Positions 16,579-26,613 of a DNA stretch of 64,000 nucleotides are shown piece by piece. The position numbers and the translations under genes are program-made. Positions within the stretch are counted from its first letter, which is position 1. Each line of letters begins with the position of its first letter. The notes below the pieces were generated by a model. The model was not told the origin of the DNA and ran no database searches. It saw nothing but the letters and a program-made list of their open reading frames with translations. Source of the DNA: an uncultured virus (IMG/VR IMGVR_UViG_3300002092_000043) (taxonomy: Duplodnaviria; Heunggongvirae; Uroviricota; Caudoviricetes); the IMG/VR virus record IMGVR_UViG_3300002092_000043, positions 1 to 64,000 of that record; one strand, given 5' to 3'.

Positions 16579-16896
16579 TTAGGCATCCTTTAGTTTCTCC
16601 CTCATTTCTAAGAAATCATGCTCGGAAAGAATCACGTAATTCTCTCCATCCAGGTGAATGCCAAGTACTGGCGTTCTCCCGTCAAGGATTGCCTCTCTCG
16701 TAATTTTTTTGAGGACATCGGATTTTACAGTGCACTGTTTTTTACCAGTCCACTTGTGCTCAATCAAGAGGTCGCTTGACCGCACATCTCCTTTTCGTGA
16801 CCAGAATGCTCCAGATGCTGCAGTACGTGACCCGCCTACTTCCTTTGCTAGGCGGTCCTCATGCTTTCTGGATTGCTTCTGTCCTTCTGTCTTCAA
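16579..16896 (-). CDS. Hjc-like PD-(D/E)XK resolvase/nuclease
   Basis: HE..LA..ASGA..KGDV..LIEHK. Confidence 0.75.
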   Translation of the reverse strand: MKTEGQKQSRKHEDRLAKEVGGSRTAASGAFWSRKGDVRSSDLLIEHKWTGKKQCTVKSDVLKKITREAILDGRTPVLGIHLDGENYVILSEHDFLEMREKLKDA

Positions 16897-16905
16897 ACCT
16901 AGGCC

Positions 16906-17961
16906 CTACTCTTCTTCTGCTTCAATGAGCGCAGTAGGTATCTCACGGTTATCAAGAACCTTTTTACGCAACTCTTCCATGAGGTCAATTTCTTCACGGA
17001 TACTTGCAATAACGCTCTCAATACCTTGCCATTTACGTTCACCAAGGTAGAACCAACCACCACGGCGTTCAACGTAACCCATGACTACTGCAAGACTAGC
17101 AATTTCTTTTGCAAAATCGTATTCTCCTGGGTTACAGGTTCCGCCTTCTGCAAAGTAATAATCAAAATATGCAACACGTTGTGGGGGTGCAGTCTTGTTT
17201 TTTAATACTCGTACCTTGATGCGTTGACCAACACGGTTCTTGTTTCCGCTTGGGCCAACTTCAATCCATTCATCACGTTTAATTTCGCAACGAGTAAAGA
17301 ACGCATAGTCTTTACCCTGTCCGCCAGGAGTAGTGCGTGGGTCTCCATGCATTACACCAATCTTCATGCGGTATTGGTTAATGATAATTCCTAGTACAGG
17401 GCGTTCGTTCTCTGTAAGGCTGCGCTTCATCGCTGCTCCTACTACACGGAAAAATTTATTTGTTAGTAGTGCTCCACGACCAACAGTCATTTCGTTCATA
17501 TCCTTTTCCATTTCAGGAGCAGGAGATAACGCTGGCAATGAGTCTAAAATAATTGCGTCCACTGATTGGGACTCTGCAAATTGGATAACGGCTTGGTATG
17601 CCTCTTCCATAATTGTAGTTTCAATAACGATTACACGGCTAGAGTCAACGCCACACATTGCTGCGTACTCTGGAACCCATTGTTCTGCTGCTACCCATAC
17701 AGTTGTAAAGTTTGGGTCAATTTTTTGGTTTGCAGCAATAGTCTTTAACGCTACTGCAGTTTTACCGTGTGATGGCTCACCAATTAGTTCATTCCACTGG
17801 TTTCCAGGAAATCCTCCTCCAAGGACGTAATCCAACGTAGTAGAGCCAGAGGTAAAACGAGGCATAATATCGGAACGAATATCACTAGCAACAACAACAA
17901 CACCCGCACCAAACTTCTTGTTGAGTTGAATCGCAATCTTTTTTGCTTCATCATTTATCAT
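16906..17961 (-). CDS. recA: RecA/UvsX-like recombinase
   Basis: LDYVLGGGFP, GEPSHGKT, IILDS, INQ.R.KIGVM.GDP.TTPGG, KNKTAPP. Confidence 0.95.
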   Translation of the reverse strand: MINDEAKKIAIQLNKKFGAGVVVVASDIRSDIMPRFTSGSTTLDYVLGGGFPGNQWNELIGEPSHGKTAVALKTIAANQKIDPNFTTVWVAAEQWVPEYAAMCGVDSSRVIVIETTIMEEAYQAVIQFAESQSVDAIILDSLPALSPAPEMEKDMNEMTVGRGALLTNKFFRVVGAAMKRSLTENERPVLGIIINQYRMKIGVMHGDPRTTPGGQGKDYAFFTRCEIKRDEWIEVGPSGNKNRVGQRIKVRVLKNKTAPPQRVAYFDYYFAEGGTCNPGEYDFAKEIASLAVVMGYVERRGGWFYLGERKWQGIESVIASIREEIDLMEELRKKVLDNREIPTALIEAEEE

Positions 17962-18347
17962 ATTTTCTGTCCTTGAGAGTTGTATCCATCTGGCATCGGA
18001 TTGAAACCACCTGTTGTGTTTCCTATTGCGCCTTTTGCTGCGCCCTCCACCTTAGCACCAGTTAGTGCTCCATATCTAGACCCTGATTGACTGATGGGGT
18101 AACCACAGTCGTAACAACGTGGTGCTGCTTGTTGCACTGACATATAGTTATTGCCGCCGCATTCAGGGCATGATTGAGTTTGAGAAGCACTTTGCGCTTT
18201 TGTCTGTGCAGGTGCTTGTTGTTGAGGTGCAACATACGGAGTCATAGGTTGCTGAGAAGGTGGCATAGGGTTGTTAACCTGACGTGGTTGCTGAGGTGCC
18301 TGTGGTTGAGTACCTAATTGTCTAGCCCACCAGTCTGCGTTACTCAC
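17958..18347 (-). CDS. Gln/Pro-rich zinc-ribbon protein
   Basis: CPECG..CYDCG. Confidence 0.75.
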   Translation of the reverse strand: MSNADWWARQLGTQPQAPQQPRQVNNPMPPSQQPMTPYVAPQQQAPAQTKAQSASQTQSCPECGGNNYMSVQQAAPRCYDCGYPISQSGSRYGALTGAKVEGAAKGAIGNTTGGFNPMPDGYNSQGQKI

Positions 18348-18468
18348 CTGTTATTACTCCGTTACTTTGCCATGTTTTTTCACAACGTGTACAAATAATT
18401 GTGAATTCGGTTTGAGTCCAAGAAATGCTGTACATCTTGTGACCAAAAAATTTACAAATAAAACTCAT
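18340..18468 (-). CDS. 42-aa CxxxGH..CxRC peptide (DUF1660-like; not in ORF track)
   Basis: MSFICKFFGHK..ICTRCEK; ATGA overlap with the polA stop. Confidence 0.6.
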   Translation of the reverse strand: MSFICKFFGHKMYSISWTQTEFTIICTRCEKTWQSNGVITGE

Positions 18469-20462
18469 TTTGCTTCTCCCCACTTGTCTACTATTTTTAC
18501 ATCGGCTATTAACGGAACGATAATCTCTGGCAGGCGTACACCTTCCATTGACTCCCGAATTGCTTCGGCTGTTTCTTCTGCTAAATCTTCACGTGCAACT
18601 GTAACCAGTTCGTCGTGTACAGTCAAAACGACATTCACATCTGGTTCCTCTACAAAACACGAATGTGCACGAACTAGTGCTAATTTCATCAAATCTGCAG
18701 CAGAACCTTGAATCATGGTGTTAAATGCTTGTCGTTCTGCACGAAATTTAAGGCCGTTCTCTGTGCTTTTGAGGTCAGGAAGATAACGGCGGCGACCAAG
18801 TAGCGTCTCAACGTAAGGTATGCCGGACTTTCCTCTAGCAGTTCTGATTACCTTTGATTTGTACTTAATGATGTCGTGAAACTCTTCTGAGAATCGGTCA
18901 ATCAAATCACGGGCTTCTTTATCGGAACAACCAATGCTTCGTGCAATCTTGTCTGGCCCTACACCGTAGGAAATTGCTAGAACCAACATCTTACCCACCT
19001 TACGTTCTACACCCATGACGTCACCAATAGCGGTGTACATATCCTTACCCTTGCGGTAATAGTCCAGTGCAACTGGGTCTTGAGATAGAGATGCAATAAT
19101 CCGAGGTTCAATCTGTGAGTAATCAGCAACGACTAACTTGTATCCTGGTGGTGCCACAAACAAGTTACGAATCAACTTGCCGTAATCTCCACTGCTAGGG
19201 ATATTCTGTAGGTTTGGGTCAGTACTAGAAAAACGTCCTGTTTCCGCTCCGTGTGACTTGAAGTTAGTGTGTGCTTTACCATCAATAAGGAGCGATTTCT
19301 TTTCAACTACACGTGACTTACCTGCGGTTGTGCGAGTAATTTCTCCACCAAGATATGGCATTACATACGTTGTCATCAACTTGTTTAAGTCTTGGTACTC
19401 AACAATTGCGTCTACTAACTCGTCCTTAGAACGGTAAAACTCCATTGCTTCGGCTGATACTGAGTAATGATAAATACTTAACTGCTCGCCAGATTGAGCA
19501 GCCTTTGTACCCTTGTCAGTAAGGGCAACTTTAATCTTTAAGTTTGGTTTAATGCCACGACCTTCTGGTTTTGGTGAGAACAACAATTCTTGTTTTTCTT
19601 TAACTGAGTTCATTGAAAATGCTTTTCCAGCCAATTTCCACGCTTTGGCTTTGGCTAAATCAATGTCAATTTCTAAACGGTCTTTAAGGTTCTGTAGTTC
19701 AACCATGTCTAAATTAGCGCCAGTAAGTTCCATGTCGCACAACGCAGCAATAACATCCATCTCTAAATGCCATACACGAGCAAGACTGCCCTCTAACTTA
19801 GGCTCCAAGAACTTGTACAACTTCCATGTTGCTTCTGCATCTAGACCTGAATAGTGAGCAACGTCAGTAAAGGAATGAACCTCAACCATTGCTCCAATAC
19901 CCTTCTCAACTTTAATTTTGAGAAACTTCTCAGCGCAGTCTTTTAAACCAAGGGAGCCACGATTGCGGTTATCAATAACGAATGCCGCCATCATTGTGTC
20001 AAAGAATGGTTTGCTAGGAACTACGCCTCGATAATATTTAGTGATTGATTTGAGGTCAAACTTAATGTTATGACCGACCTTTAATTGGTCACTAAAGAAA
20101 AGTGGCTTCAATGCTTTGAATACATCACCAGGAAGTAACTGGTCCGGTGGTGTATCAAAAACAGGTTTCCACTTGGCTTGGTTCTTTGAGTAATCAGTTT
20201 CCTTTAACTCTTTACCTGTTTCAAGTTTACGTTGACCACTTAAAAGAAGTTCTTTATCCCAACGAAGAAAATCACCGTTAGGGTGACCCATAGGAATAAC
20301 ATCTGTTCTCCCATCAGTTGCTAAGGAAATCCACAACACGTCGTTTACAACGGGTTGAATTCTATTTTCTCCAACAGTTTCTACGTCAAACGCAAAACCA
20401 TCTACCTTGGAATAAAACTCTACAAGGTCCTCAAGTTGTTTCTTGGTTGTAATTATGTTCAT
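18465..20462 (-). CDS. polA: Family A DNA polymerase (3'-5' exonuclease + polymerase, no 5' nuclease)
   Basis: FDVET, TGRFSS..PNLQNIP, ADYSQIE, R..GK...YG, VHDE. Confidence 0.95.
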   Translation of the reverse strand: MNIITTKKQLEDLVEFYSKVDGFAFDVETVGENRIQPVVNDVLWISLATDGRTDVIPMGHPNGDFLRWDKELLLSGQRKLETGKELKETDYSKNQAKWKPVFDTPPDQLLPGDVFKALKPLFFSDQLKVGHNIKFDLKSITKYYRGVVPSKPFFDTMMAAFVIDNRNRGSLGLKDCAEKFLKIKVEKGIGAMVEVHSFTDVAHYSGLDAEATWKLYKFLEPKLEGSLARVWHLEMDVIAALCDMELTGANLDMVELQNLKDRLEIDIDLAKAKAWKLAGKAFSMNSVKEKQELLFSPKPEGRGIKPNLKIKVALTDKGTKAAQSGEQLSIYHYSVSAEAMEFYRSKDELVDAIVEYQDLNKLMTTYVMPYLGGEITRTTAGKSRVVEKKSLLIDGKAHTNFKSHGAETGRFSSTDPNLQNIPSSGDYGKLIRNLFVAPPGYKLVVADYSQIEPRIIASLSQDPVALDYYRKGKDMYTAIGDVMGVERKVGKMLVLAISYGVGPDKIARSIGCSDKEARDLIDRFSEEFHDIIKYKSKVIRTARGKSGIPYVETLLGRRRYLPDLKSTENGLKFRAERQAFNTMIQGSAADLMKLALVRAHSCFVEEPDVNVVLTVHDELVTVAREDLAEETAEAIRESMEGVRLPEIIVPLIADVKIVDKWGEAK

Positions 20463-20480
20463 GTCAATCCCCTCTAATTA

Positions 20481-20520
20481 AAGATAGGGGAGCCTGGAAA
20501 CGGAAGACAGGCCCCCCCAT
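20481..20520 (-). terminator. Hairpin/terminator after SSB
   Basis: Minus strand: ggggggcctg-tcttccgtttc-caggctcccc-tatcttt. Confidence 0.55.
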
Positions 20521-20530
20521 CGTGGAAGTA

Positions 20531-21181
20531 TTACGCTAAGTTGCGAGCAATTTCTAGCAGTTCGGAGCGAGGGGTCTCTCGTACTACTTCATCGGCTGTA
20601 AATGAAACAGCGTTTGCTACAGCATCATTAACGGTGTCTTGCGACAACTTCCATTCCTCTGCAAGGTCACGACCACGAACGAAGTTGAGGGTGTACTGCG
20701 TCGTAGGTCCTGTTCCCAAGCGAGAAATCTCCCAGAACTCCTTATCAAGAGGTCCCTTGCGCTCATCATCGTGAGCCTTCTTGATTTGGCGTGCTAGTGA
20801 AGGTGGTGCGGTAAGAACTTGAACTGTTGGCTCTCCACCAGAAAGTACAAGTACGTTGAATGCGAACTTTCCACGTGGCTTGTCGCCAGCGATTTCGCAA
20901 AGTGGGCAACCATCACCCATGCAAACAAAAGACTTCTTACCCTTTGGGCGTTCAATCCAATGTTGCTCGTATGTTGCAAATGGGCGGTCTTGAAGGAACT
21001 TAACAAGTTGTGGTTCCTCTGAGAAACGGAAGTCAGTTGGGAACTCAGATGTTTCTACCTTGAGAAGTGCTTCTGCAGCACCCCAACCTTCTTGCACTGT
21101 TGTTCCAACCTTTGGCTGGATATCTGAACTATCTTCTTCAAGATAGTCTTCTGCGTTTACTGCTGGTTTTGTAATTGGCAT
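20531..21181 (-). CDS. Single-stranded DNA-binding protein (gp32-like, Zn-binding)
   Basis: QHW..SFVC..CPLC..FNV..SR.G.G.TT.Y; position next to polA; start re-called at MPITKP. Confidence 0.7.
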   Translation of the reverse strand: MPITKPAVNAEDYLEEDSSDIQPKVGTTVQEGWGAAEALLKVETSEFPTDFRFSEEPQLVKFLQDRPFATYEQHWIERPKGKKSFVCMGDGCPLCEIAGDKPRGKFAFNVLVLSGGEPTVQVLTAPPSLARQIKKAHDDERKGPLDKEFWEISRLGTGPTTQYTLNFVRGRDLAEEWKLSQDTVNDAVANAVSFTADEVVRETPRSELLEIARNLA

Positions 21182-21204
21182 TTGTTTCTTTCTGGTAATG
21201 AGGC

Positions 21205-21684
21205 CTATTGGCTCTCTGTGGATGTGATTTCCTTCCAGCGCTTTACTAAAGCCTCTGTCAGGTCTTCGTGTTGGTTCCACTCTACACGAGCGGTTCCTAG
21301 AAGTCCACGTTTGGCAAACTCGTCAATCGTGGCTTCTATTAGTGAACGAGTGTACACACGATTACCGCCAGTCTTCTTACCCTGAAGGGTTTTAGCACGA
21401 AGTCTGTATGGCGCTCTAGGTATGTAACCTTTTCGTTCCCATAGACGGATAGTTACTAAAGATTTTTCTAACGCATGTGCTAATGCGCTAAGAGTAAACA
21501 CTTCAGTTTCTTTACCACCTAATGTTTTCATGATTGGGTTTTCATCCCAACCATTTGTTTCTCCCGACTTTCGACGGGAAACCTTTGGGTCTTCTTCTCT
21601 GCGCTTCTTTTTAGAAGAGCCAGGAAGATACTCTAAACCGGCAAACGCCTTTTCAATTTCGTCTTGACCACGTAGACCTGCCAT
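21205..21684 (-). CDS. MerR-like HTH DNA-binding protein
   Basis: LA.AL.KS..TIRLWE.KG.IP..R.YT. Confidence 0.75.
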   Translation of the reverse strand: MAGLRGQDEIEKAFAGLEYLPGSSKKKRREEDPKVSRRKSGETNGWDENPIMKTLGGKETEVFTLSALAHALEKSLVTIRLWERKGYIPRAPYRLRAKTLQGKKTGGNRVYTRSLIEATIDEFAKRGLLGTARVEWNQHEDLTEALVKRWKEITSTESQ

Positions 21685-21687
21685 TGG

Positions 21688-22125
21688 TTACTTCTTAAGG
21701 ACCAATGCCCATACAACATTCTGTGGATACATCTCATCAATCTCTGCTTCAGTAAGAACTTCTTCGTACAATGCAGCCATCAATGCATCTTCATCCACAA
21801 CACGAATTATTTTATAGAGTGTGTCTTCCAACCCATGTGCAGCAATAATTTCTTCCGCTTTGAGTTCATCAACTTTGCGAGTTACACGGCGTTGTTTAAC
21901 GATGGAGCGGAAACCATCAACTTCTTCTGGTAACTCAACCATGATGTTGCCTTTGTCATCAACTTCTCCTTCACCATCCAGAACTTCAAACAGTTCAGCA
22001 CGAAGTGCTTTCTGTTCTTTTTCTAGGTAATCAAGTTGTGACTTTAAGAATGAATACTTCTTTGCACGAGCAACTAAATCTGTCTCGTCAGTGTTACGGT
22101 TTTCTGATGGTGATACTTTTGCCAT
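21688..22125 (-). CDS. Hypothetical protein (N-terminal coiled coil)
   Basis: 145 aa in the replication operon. Confidence 0.7.
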   Translation of the reverse strand: MAKVSPSENRNTDETDLVARAKKYSFLKSQLDYLEKEQKALRAELFEVLDGEGEVDDKGNIMVELPEEVDGFRSIVKQRRVTRKVDELKAEEIIAAHGLEDTLYKIIRVVDEDALMAALYEEVLTEAEIDEMYPQNVVWALVLKK

Positions 22126-22133
22126 TATTCCCC

Positions 22134-23714
22134 CTACTGTTCTTGAATGAAGTTAAGTAAACTTCCTACCGTTAAATCTACACCACCCTTGGTGTTTATA
22201 CCTTCACCATCAATGATGGCGTTTGCCACCGCAGTTTTTTGGTTAAGCATTTGGTATTGACGTTCCTCAATAGAGTCTTCCATAAGGAAGTCTTGAATAA
22301 TAACGCTAGGCCAAGTGCTTGAGGCTCTACGGATACGGGAATTTCTTTGAACTGCTGTACCTGATGACCACGGTAAGTCATAGTTTATCAGAAGATTGGC
22401 TTGAGGCAAATCCACACCATATCCACCGGCGTCAGTTGATATGAGAACCCTAACTTCTTTAGAGGTTTGAAAAAGAACTTTAGATTCTTCTTTTTCTTTA
22501 GAATTCATCATTCCCGAGTAACTAGTGTTACCAATCTTCTTTTTGGTTAGAGCACTTTCTATCAAGGGCAACATCCCTAAATAACACGTGAACACAACTA
22601 CCTTGGCGTTTTCGTCAGTGTTTAGGTGGTCTTCAATGTACTCAATAAGTGCCTCTAATTTAGGGGATTTAACGGCGGAGTCAAGGAGTCCCTGCTCTGA
22701 AAGTCCTAGAAGGTATTCTGAGCCTTCTCCGCCCTGTTCAGAGGCTTTTGATGCACTATTGCGGAGTAGGTCAGGATGGTCGCACAGCATTCTCATAGCA
22801 GTTATTTTGCTCATAATTCGTCCACGCATTTCGTCCATAGGTCCACCCATTTGGTATCCATGTCCATAGTGCGCTTCTAAAGAAAAAGAACCCCCGAATA
22901 ATTCTTGGGCGTCAACTAAGTCGGTAAGAAGTTCTGATGAAATAGTTTTGTACAAATTTTTTCCAGCCTTATCAAACCCAATTAGGTCTGGCTCTAAATG
23001 AATTGTTTCTGGAAGATATGGGGCAACATCTGGGTCTTTTTGAGTTTTACGAACAGATACTTGTTTCATCTTTTCGTGGAATATAGGTAAATTGCGGTAA
23101 CGCTGAACTCCGCCAAAGTGATTGCGTACAATAAAAGTTTGGTCAAATAAATCAAACCGACCAAGAACAGTGTCGTCTACAAATTGCATGATGCTGTACA
23201 ACTCTTCTGGTCTTCCGTTTTCAATAGGAGTTCCAGTTAATGCAAACCTAATAGGTACATTTCGTGAAAGTTTCTTTACAACTTTAGAGCGTTGAGATTT
23301 AAACCCTTTGATAGCAGTTGCTTCATCGCAAACAATTGCACCCCACTCATAATCTTTTATTAGTTCCCAATCAGCAACAACTGTTTCGTAGTTGGCGATG
23401 ATGTAACCCGTATGGTTTTCCCATTCCATGTCACGTGACCAACGAATCATTCGTGTAGACTTTGCACCATCAATCACAGAAGCGTAATCATCTGAAAATT
23501 TATTGATTTCTTTTTGCCATTGGTACTTCAAACTAGACAATGCAATAACAAGAGTTGGCTTATTTAATACTCCGTCTTCCTTTAACTTTTCAAGAGCAGC
23601 GATAGTCATACAGGTTTTACCTAAACCCATTTCGTATGCAACAAGCATTTTCTTGCGTGCAACCATGCGTTCTACTGCTTCTGGTTGATAAGGGAATAAA
23701 GTTCCTTTAAACAT
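22134..23714 (-). CDS. SNF2-family helicase
   Basis: EMGLGKT, DEAT, LTGTPIEN, GVDL, DLPW..QR..RI.R. Confidence 0.93.
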   Translation of the reverse strand: MFKGTLFPYQPEAVERMVARKKMLVAYEMGLGKTCMTIAALEKLKEDGVLNKPTLVIALSSLKYQWQKEINKFSDDYASVIDGAKSTRMIRWSRDMEWENHTGYIIANYETVVADWELIKDYEWGAIVCDEATAIKGFKSQRSKVVKKLSRNVPIRFALTGTPIENGRPEELYSIMQFVDDTVLGRFDLFDQTFIVRNHFGGVQRYRNLPIFHEKMKQVSVRKTQKDPDVAPYLPETIHLEPDLIGFDKAGKNLYKTISSELLTDLVDAQELFGGSFSLEAHYGHGYQMGGPMDEMRGRIMSKITAMRMLCDHPDLLRNSASKASEQGGEGSEYLLGLSEQGLLDSAVKSPKLEALIEYIEDHLNTDENAKVVVFTCYLGMLPLIESALTKKKIGNTSYSGMMNSKEKEESKVLFQTSKEVRVLISTDAGGYGVDLPQANLLINYDLPWSSGTAVQRNSRIRRASSTWPSVIIQDFLMEDSIEERQYQMLNQKTAVANAIIDGEGINTKGGVDLTVGSLLNFIQEQ

Positions 23715-23877
23715 CTATAGGTGTTGGCGCAGTTGCTTTACTGCCGCAAAGCGCACACTCCATGTCTAACATGTACAAAGAAATCTCACCATCTTCAAAC
23801 ATTGCTTGAACATTCCATAGCATGGAGCCACAGATGCAAACATGAAGAGGGTTATCTTTGTCTCTTAAATCCATCAT
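23707..23877 (-). CDS. 56-aa zinc-binding protein (not in ORF track)
   Basis: HVCICGS..MECALCGS.ATAPTP; overlaps both neighbours. Confidence 0.7.
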   Translation of the reverse strand: MMDLRDKDNPLHVCICGSMLWNVQAMFEDGEISLYMLDMECALCGSKATAPTPIDV

Positions 23878-24812
23878 AGGTATGCTGCCTTACCCCATAC
23901 TCGGTCTTTGGCTGTCTCTAAGCCCTGTGCAATCTCAGACTCAACCATATCTCCAACGTCTTTAACGTCTATACCTTCGTAGTTAAAGAACTTTAATTCC
24001 ATGCCGTACTTCCGTGAGAACCCCATCATCTGTTCGCAGGCTTTCTTCCCTGCTTGGTCATTGTCGAATGCCGCAATGACTTGAGGTACACGTCGCATAA
24101 TCTTTGCCTGGTCTTCGCTCAAAATTGCTCCGTATGTGGAAATAGAATTATGACCTAACCCAGTTAACCTAACCGCATCAAGGGGAGACTCAACAACAAT
24201 CAATGGACGTTCTTCATCCATAATCTCAATACCAAATACAGTCTTAGACTTCTTAACTCCTGCAGGTTGGTTCTTAAAGAATCTACCTCGTGCGCCTTTT
24301 TCTTGCCATCCCCATAACTTGAAAGTCTCTGGGTCACGGATAGTGAGAATCCATGCGTCGTTTTTTGTATCCCACAATACTTGATGTTTAGTTACTGCTT
24401 CTCTATTCAAGAAACGCTTTTTAAGTTCCAAATCAGGCGGCTCTGTAAACACGGCAAGACGAGCCTCACTCATCTCGATAACCTCTTCTGTGTGGGGCAT
24501 GTACTGTGGCAATTCTCTGATACGCCTTAACAGTACATCCACAGGCAGTGTCTCACTTGAATCTATATAATCTTTAGCATCAAAATAATCCATGCCTTTA
24601 ACATCAGCAACAAGAGTGTAAATGTTTCCCTTGTAACCGCAGGAAAAACAAAAGTGAACTCCAGTTACAGAATTAATCCACCAGTCAGGGTGAACATCTT
24701 CTTTACCTGTACGTGCCTTGTGCATTGGGCATAGGCCTTGCACTTCATCACCACGTTGAGCAGTAAGAGAAATATCTAAAGAGAGAAGTACTCTCTCAAC
24801 ATCAATCATCAT
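23874..24812 (-). CDS. dnaG: DNA primase (CHC2 Zn finger + TOPRIM)
   Basis: CPMH..CFSCG; VVESPLD; FDNDQAG; KDVGD. Confidence 0.92.
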   Translation of the reverse strand: MMIDVERVLLSLDISLTAQRGDEVQGLCPMHKARTGKEDVHPDWWINSVTGVHFCFSCGYKGNIYTLVADVKGMDYFDAKDYIDSSETLPVDVLLRRIRELPQYMPHTEEVIEMSEARLAVFTEPPDLELKKRFLNREAVTKHQVLWDTKNDAWILTIRDPETFKLWGWQEKGARGRFFKNQPAGVKKSKTVFGIEIMDEERPLIVVESPLDAVRLTGLGHNSISTYGAILSEDQAKIMRRVPQVIAAFDNDQAGKKACEQMMGFSRKYGMELKFFNYEGIDVKDVGDMVESEIAQGLETAKDRVWGKAAYL

Positions 24813-26061
24813 CTATGTCGCTCCAACTAGAACAGAATTCACACTTCATCATCTCTTCTTCATCGTGAAAACAGCCAGTAGACCAACGCCATGTAAGAGG
24901 TGTTTCTGTAGGTCCACAGTTACGTGATGCAACTACCTTTAACAAACGAATTTTTTCGTCTTCCTCTACAGGCTCTAAACCCAATATAACGTCTGAATCC
25001 TGGAAGAAGGAAGATGAGTAACCAATAGAATCGGCAGTTACCTTTCCAGCACGCATCTTCCAAAGAAGAGTCTGTGTAGTAATGATGATAGGAAGGTTCA
25101 CACGCTGTGCAAGTCTTTTCATAGCACGGGTAATGTTAGTGATTGCTTGTGGAGTATTCATCTCACCAGTCAACTCATCCATCATCAAATACACACCGTC
25201 TACAAATACGATGTCTGGCTTCATCTGTTCAATCTTTGCTGCTAATGCAGAAACTGTAATTCCGTTAACTGCGTCAACCAAATGGAATGGGTGCATAGCC
25301 TCCATTTCGTTAAGCATTGCTACATAACGGTCATCTTCACGAGGCTTTAACTTTCCACGACGTAAACGACCGTGGTCAATATGTGCACGCATAGCATCGT
25401 GACGTTGTTGCTGCTCGTGGTTGTTCATTTCAAATGACTGAAACATTGGTGTCTTACCAAGTTTGTGAACGTTAATTGCCATCTGTAATGCAACTTGAGA
25501 TTTACCTGTCTTAGGAGGTGCAATAACGGTGATTAACTGACCACCTTGCAAACCTGCAGTTGCCTCATCAATCTTTGCAAAACCAGTAGGAATACCTAAA
25601 AACTCTTCGTTCTTGAGGGATAGGTATTGGTCGTAACGTTCTTGCGTGTTCTTACTAAGGTCAATCTCACGAGTACCAAGTACACCTTGCTCGTTAACTT
25701 TGGTGATAGTTGCTTCCATCGCCATAAGAGCAGCATCGTGGTTGTTTTCTTGTAACTGCTCAACAGCGTTTTCTAAACCCTGACGAGTCAGCATACGACG
25801 GCGGAAATCCACCATCGTGTCTAATAAATAATCTATTGAATCTTCTACATCTAAAATCTTGTAATTAGGGTAGTGGTCTTTAACAGTAGTACCCGTTGGT
25901 ACTTCACTGTATTCGGTGTAGTGCTTTCTAAGGAATTGCCACACCTTGCGGTTGTCATCGTCTAAGAACCATACGTCACCTACGCCACGTTGTAGGACAG
26001 GAGTAATCTCACGGTCTTTAATGACCTTGCTAACTAAACGATGTTCGTTATCTGCTGACAA
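24802..26061 (-). CDS. dnaB: DnaB-like replicative helicase
   Basis: GIPTGF..ID..T.GL, APPKTGKS, SFEM, VFVD, QDSD. Confidence 0.92.
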   Translation of the reverse strand: MSADNEHRLVSKVIKDREITPVLQRGVGDVWFLDDDNRKVWQFLRKHYTEYSEVPTGTTVKDHYPNYKILDVEDSIDYLLDTMVDFRRRMLTRQGLENAVEQLQENNHDAALMAMEATITKVNEQGVLGTREIDLSKNTQERYDQYLSLKNEEFLGIPTGFAKIDEATAGLQGGQLITVIAPPKTGKSQVALQMAINVHKLGKTPMFQSFEMNNHEQQQRHDAMRAHIDHGRLRRGKLKPREDDRYVAMLNEMEAMHPFHLVDAVNGITVSALAAKIEQMKPDIVFVDGVYLMMDELTGEMNTPQAITNITRAMKRLAQRVNLPIIITTQTLLWKMRAGKVTADSIGYSSSFFQDSDVILGLEPVEEDEKIRLLKVVASRNCGPTETPLTWRWSTGCFHDEEEMMKCEFCSSWSDIDDD

Positions 26062-26178
26062 TTATTTCCACCGCTCTCCGCAAGACTGACACTGTAAGTA
26101 TGAATTACCGTTAACCCAAATGCGTTGCACATCGTGTGCGTGACACATTGGGCAATTGGTGTTTGCTATGTTTCCCAT
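26062..26178 (-). CDS. 38-aa zinc-ribbon peptide (not in ORF track)
   Basis: CPMC..CQSCGERW; GGAGG SD. Confidence 0.65.
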   Translation of the reverse strand: MGNIANTNCPMCHAHDVQRIWVNGNSYLQCQSCGERWK

Positions 26179-26196
26179 AACGCCCTCCCTCAAGGA

Positions 26197-26613
26197 CTAG
26201 ATGTTGCCTATTTCTACACCCGCAGACCCATATCGTGCAACTTGGTCTGGAATGTCTATGACCGCTTTTAAGTTCGGTCTGTAGGGAAGCAACCCTACCA
26301 CTTCGTCACGGTTTTCATAAAGTTGCCAGTAATTAAACGGATTGACAACCCTACGCTCAAACTTCTCGAACGCCTGTTCGAGCAATTCTTCCGACCAACC
26401 GTCAACTTCAAACCCTGCAAGTTCTAAGGAAAGTCCGTAGTCTCCTGATATTTTCCACAACTTGTTTAAAGGAAGTACATCAAGTTCTCCAACTTTGTAC
26501 TCAGTCTTCTTTACAAGTAACTTACGGGATTCTTCTTCCTTAAGTTTAACTACAACATCGGATATAACAATGACCTGTGGTGAGGAGACATTTGAAATGT
26601 CCCCGCCTTTCAT
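26197..26613 (-). CDS. Hypothetical protein
   Basis: 138 aa, ATGA-coupled. Confidence 0.7.
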   Translation of the reverse strand: MKGGDISNVSSPQVIVISDVVVKLKEEESRKLLVKKTEYKVGELDVLPLNKLWKISGDYGLSLELAGFEVDGWSEELLEQAFEKFERRVVNPFNYWQLYENRDEVVGLLPYRPNLKAVIDIPDQVARYGSAGVEIGNI

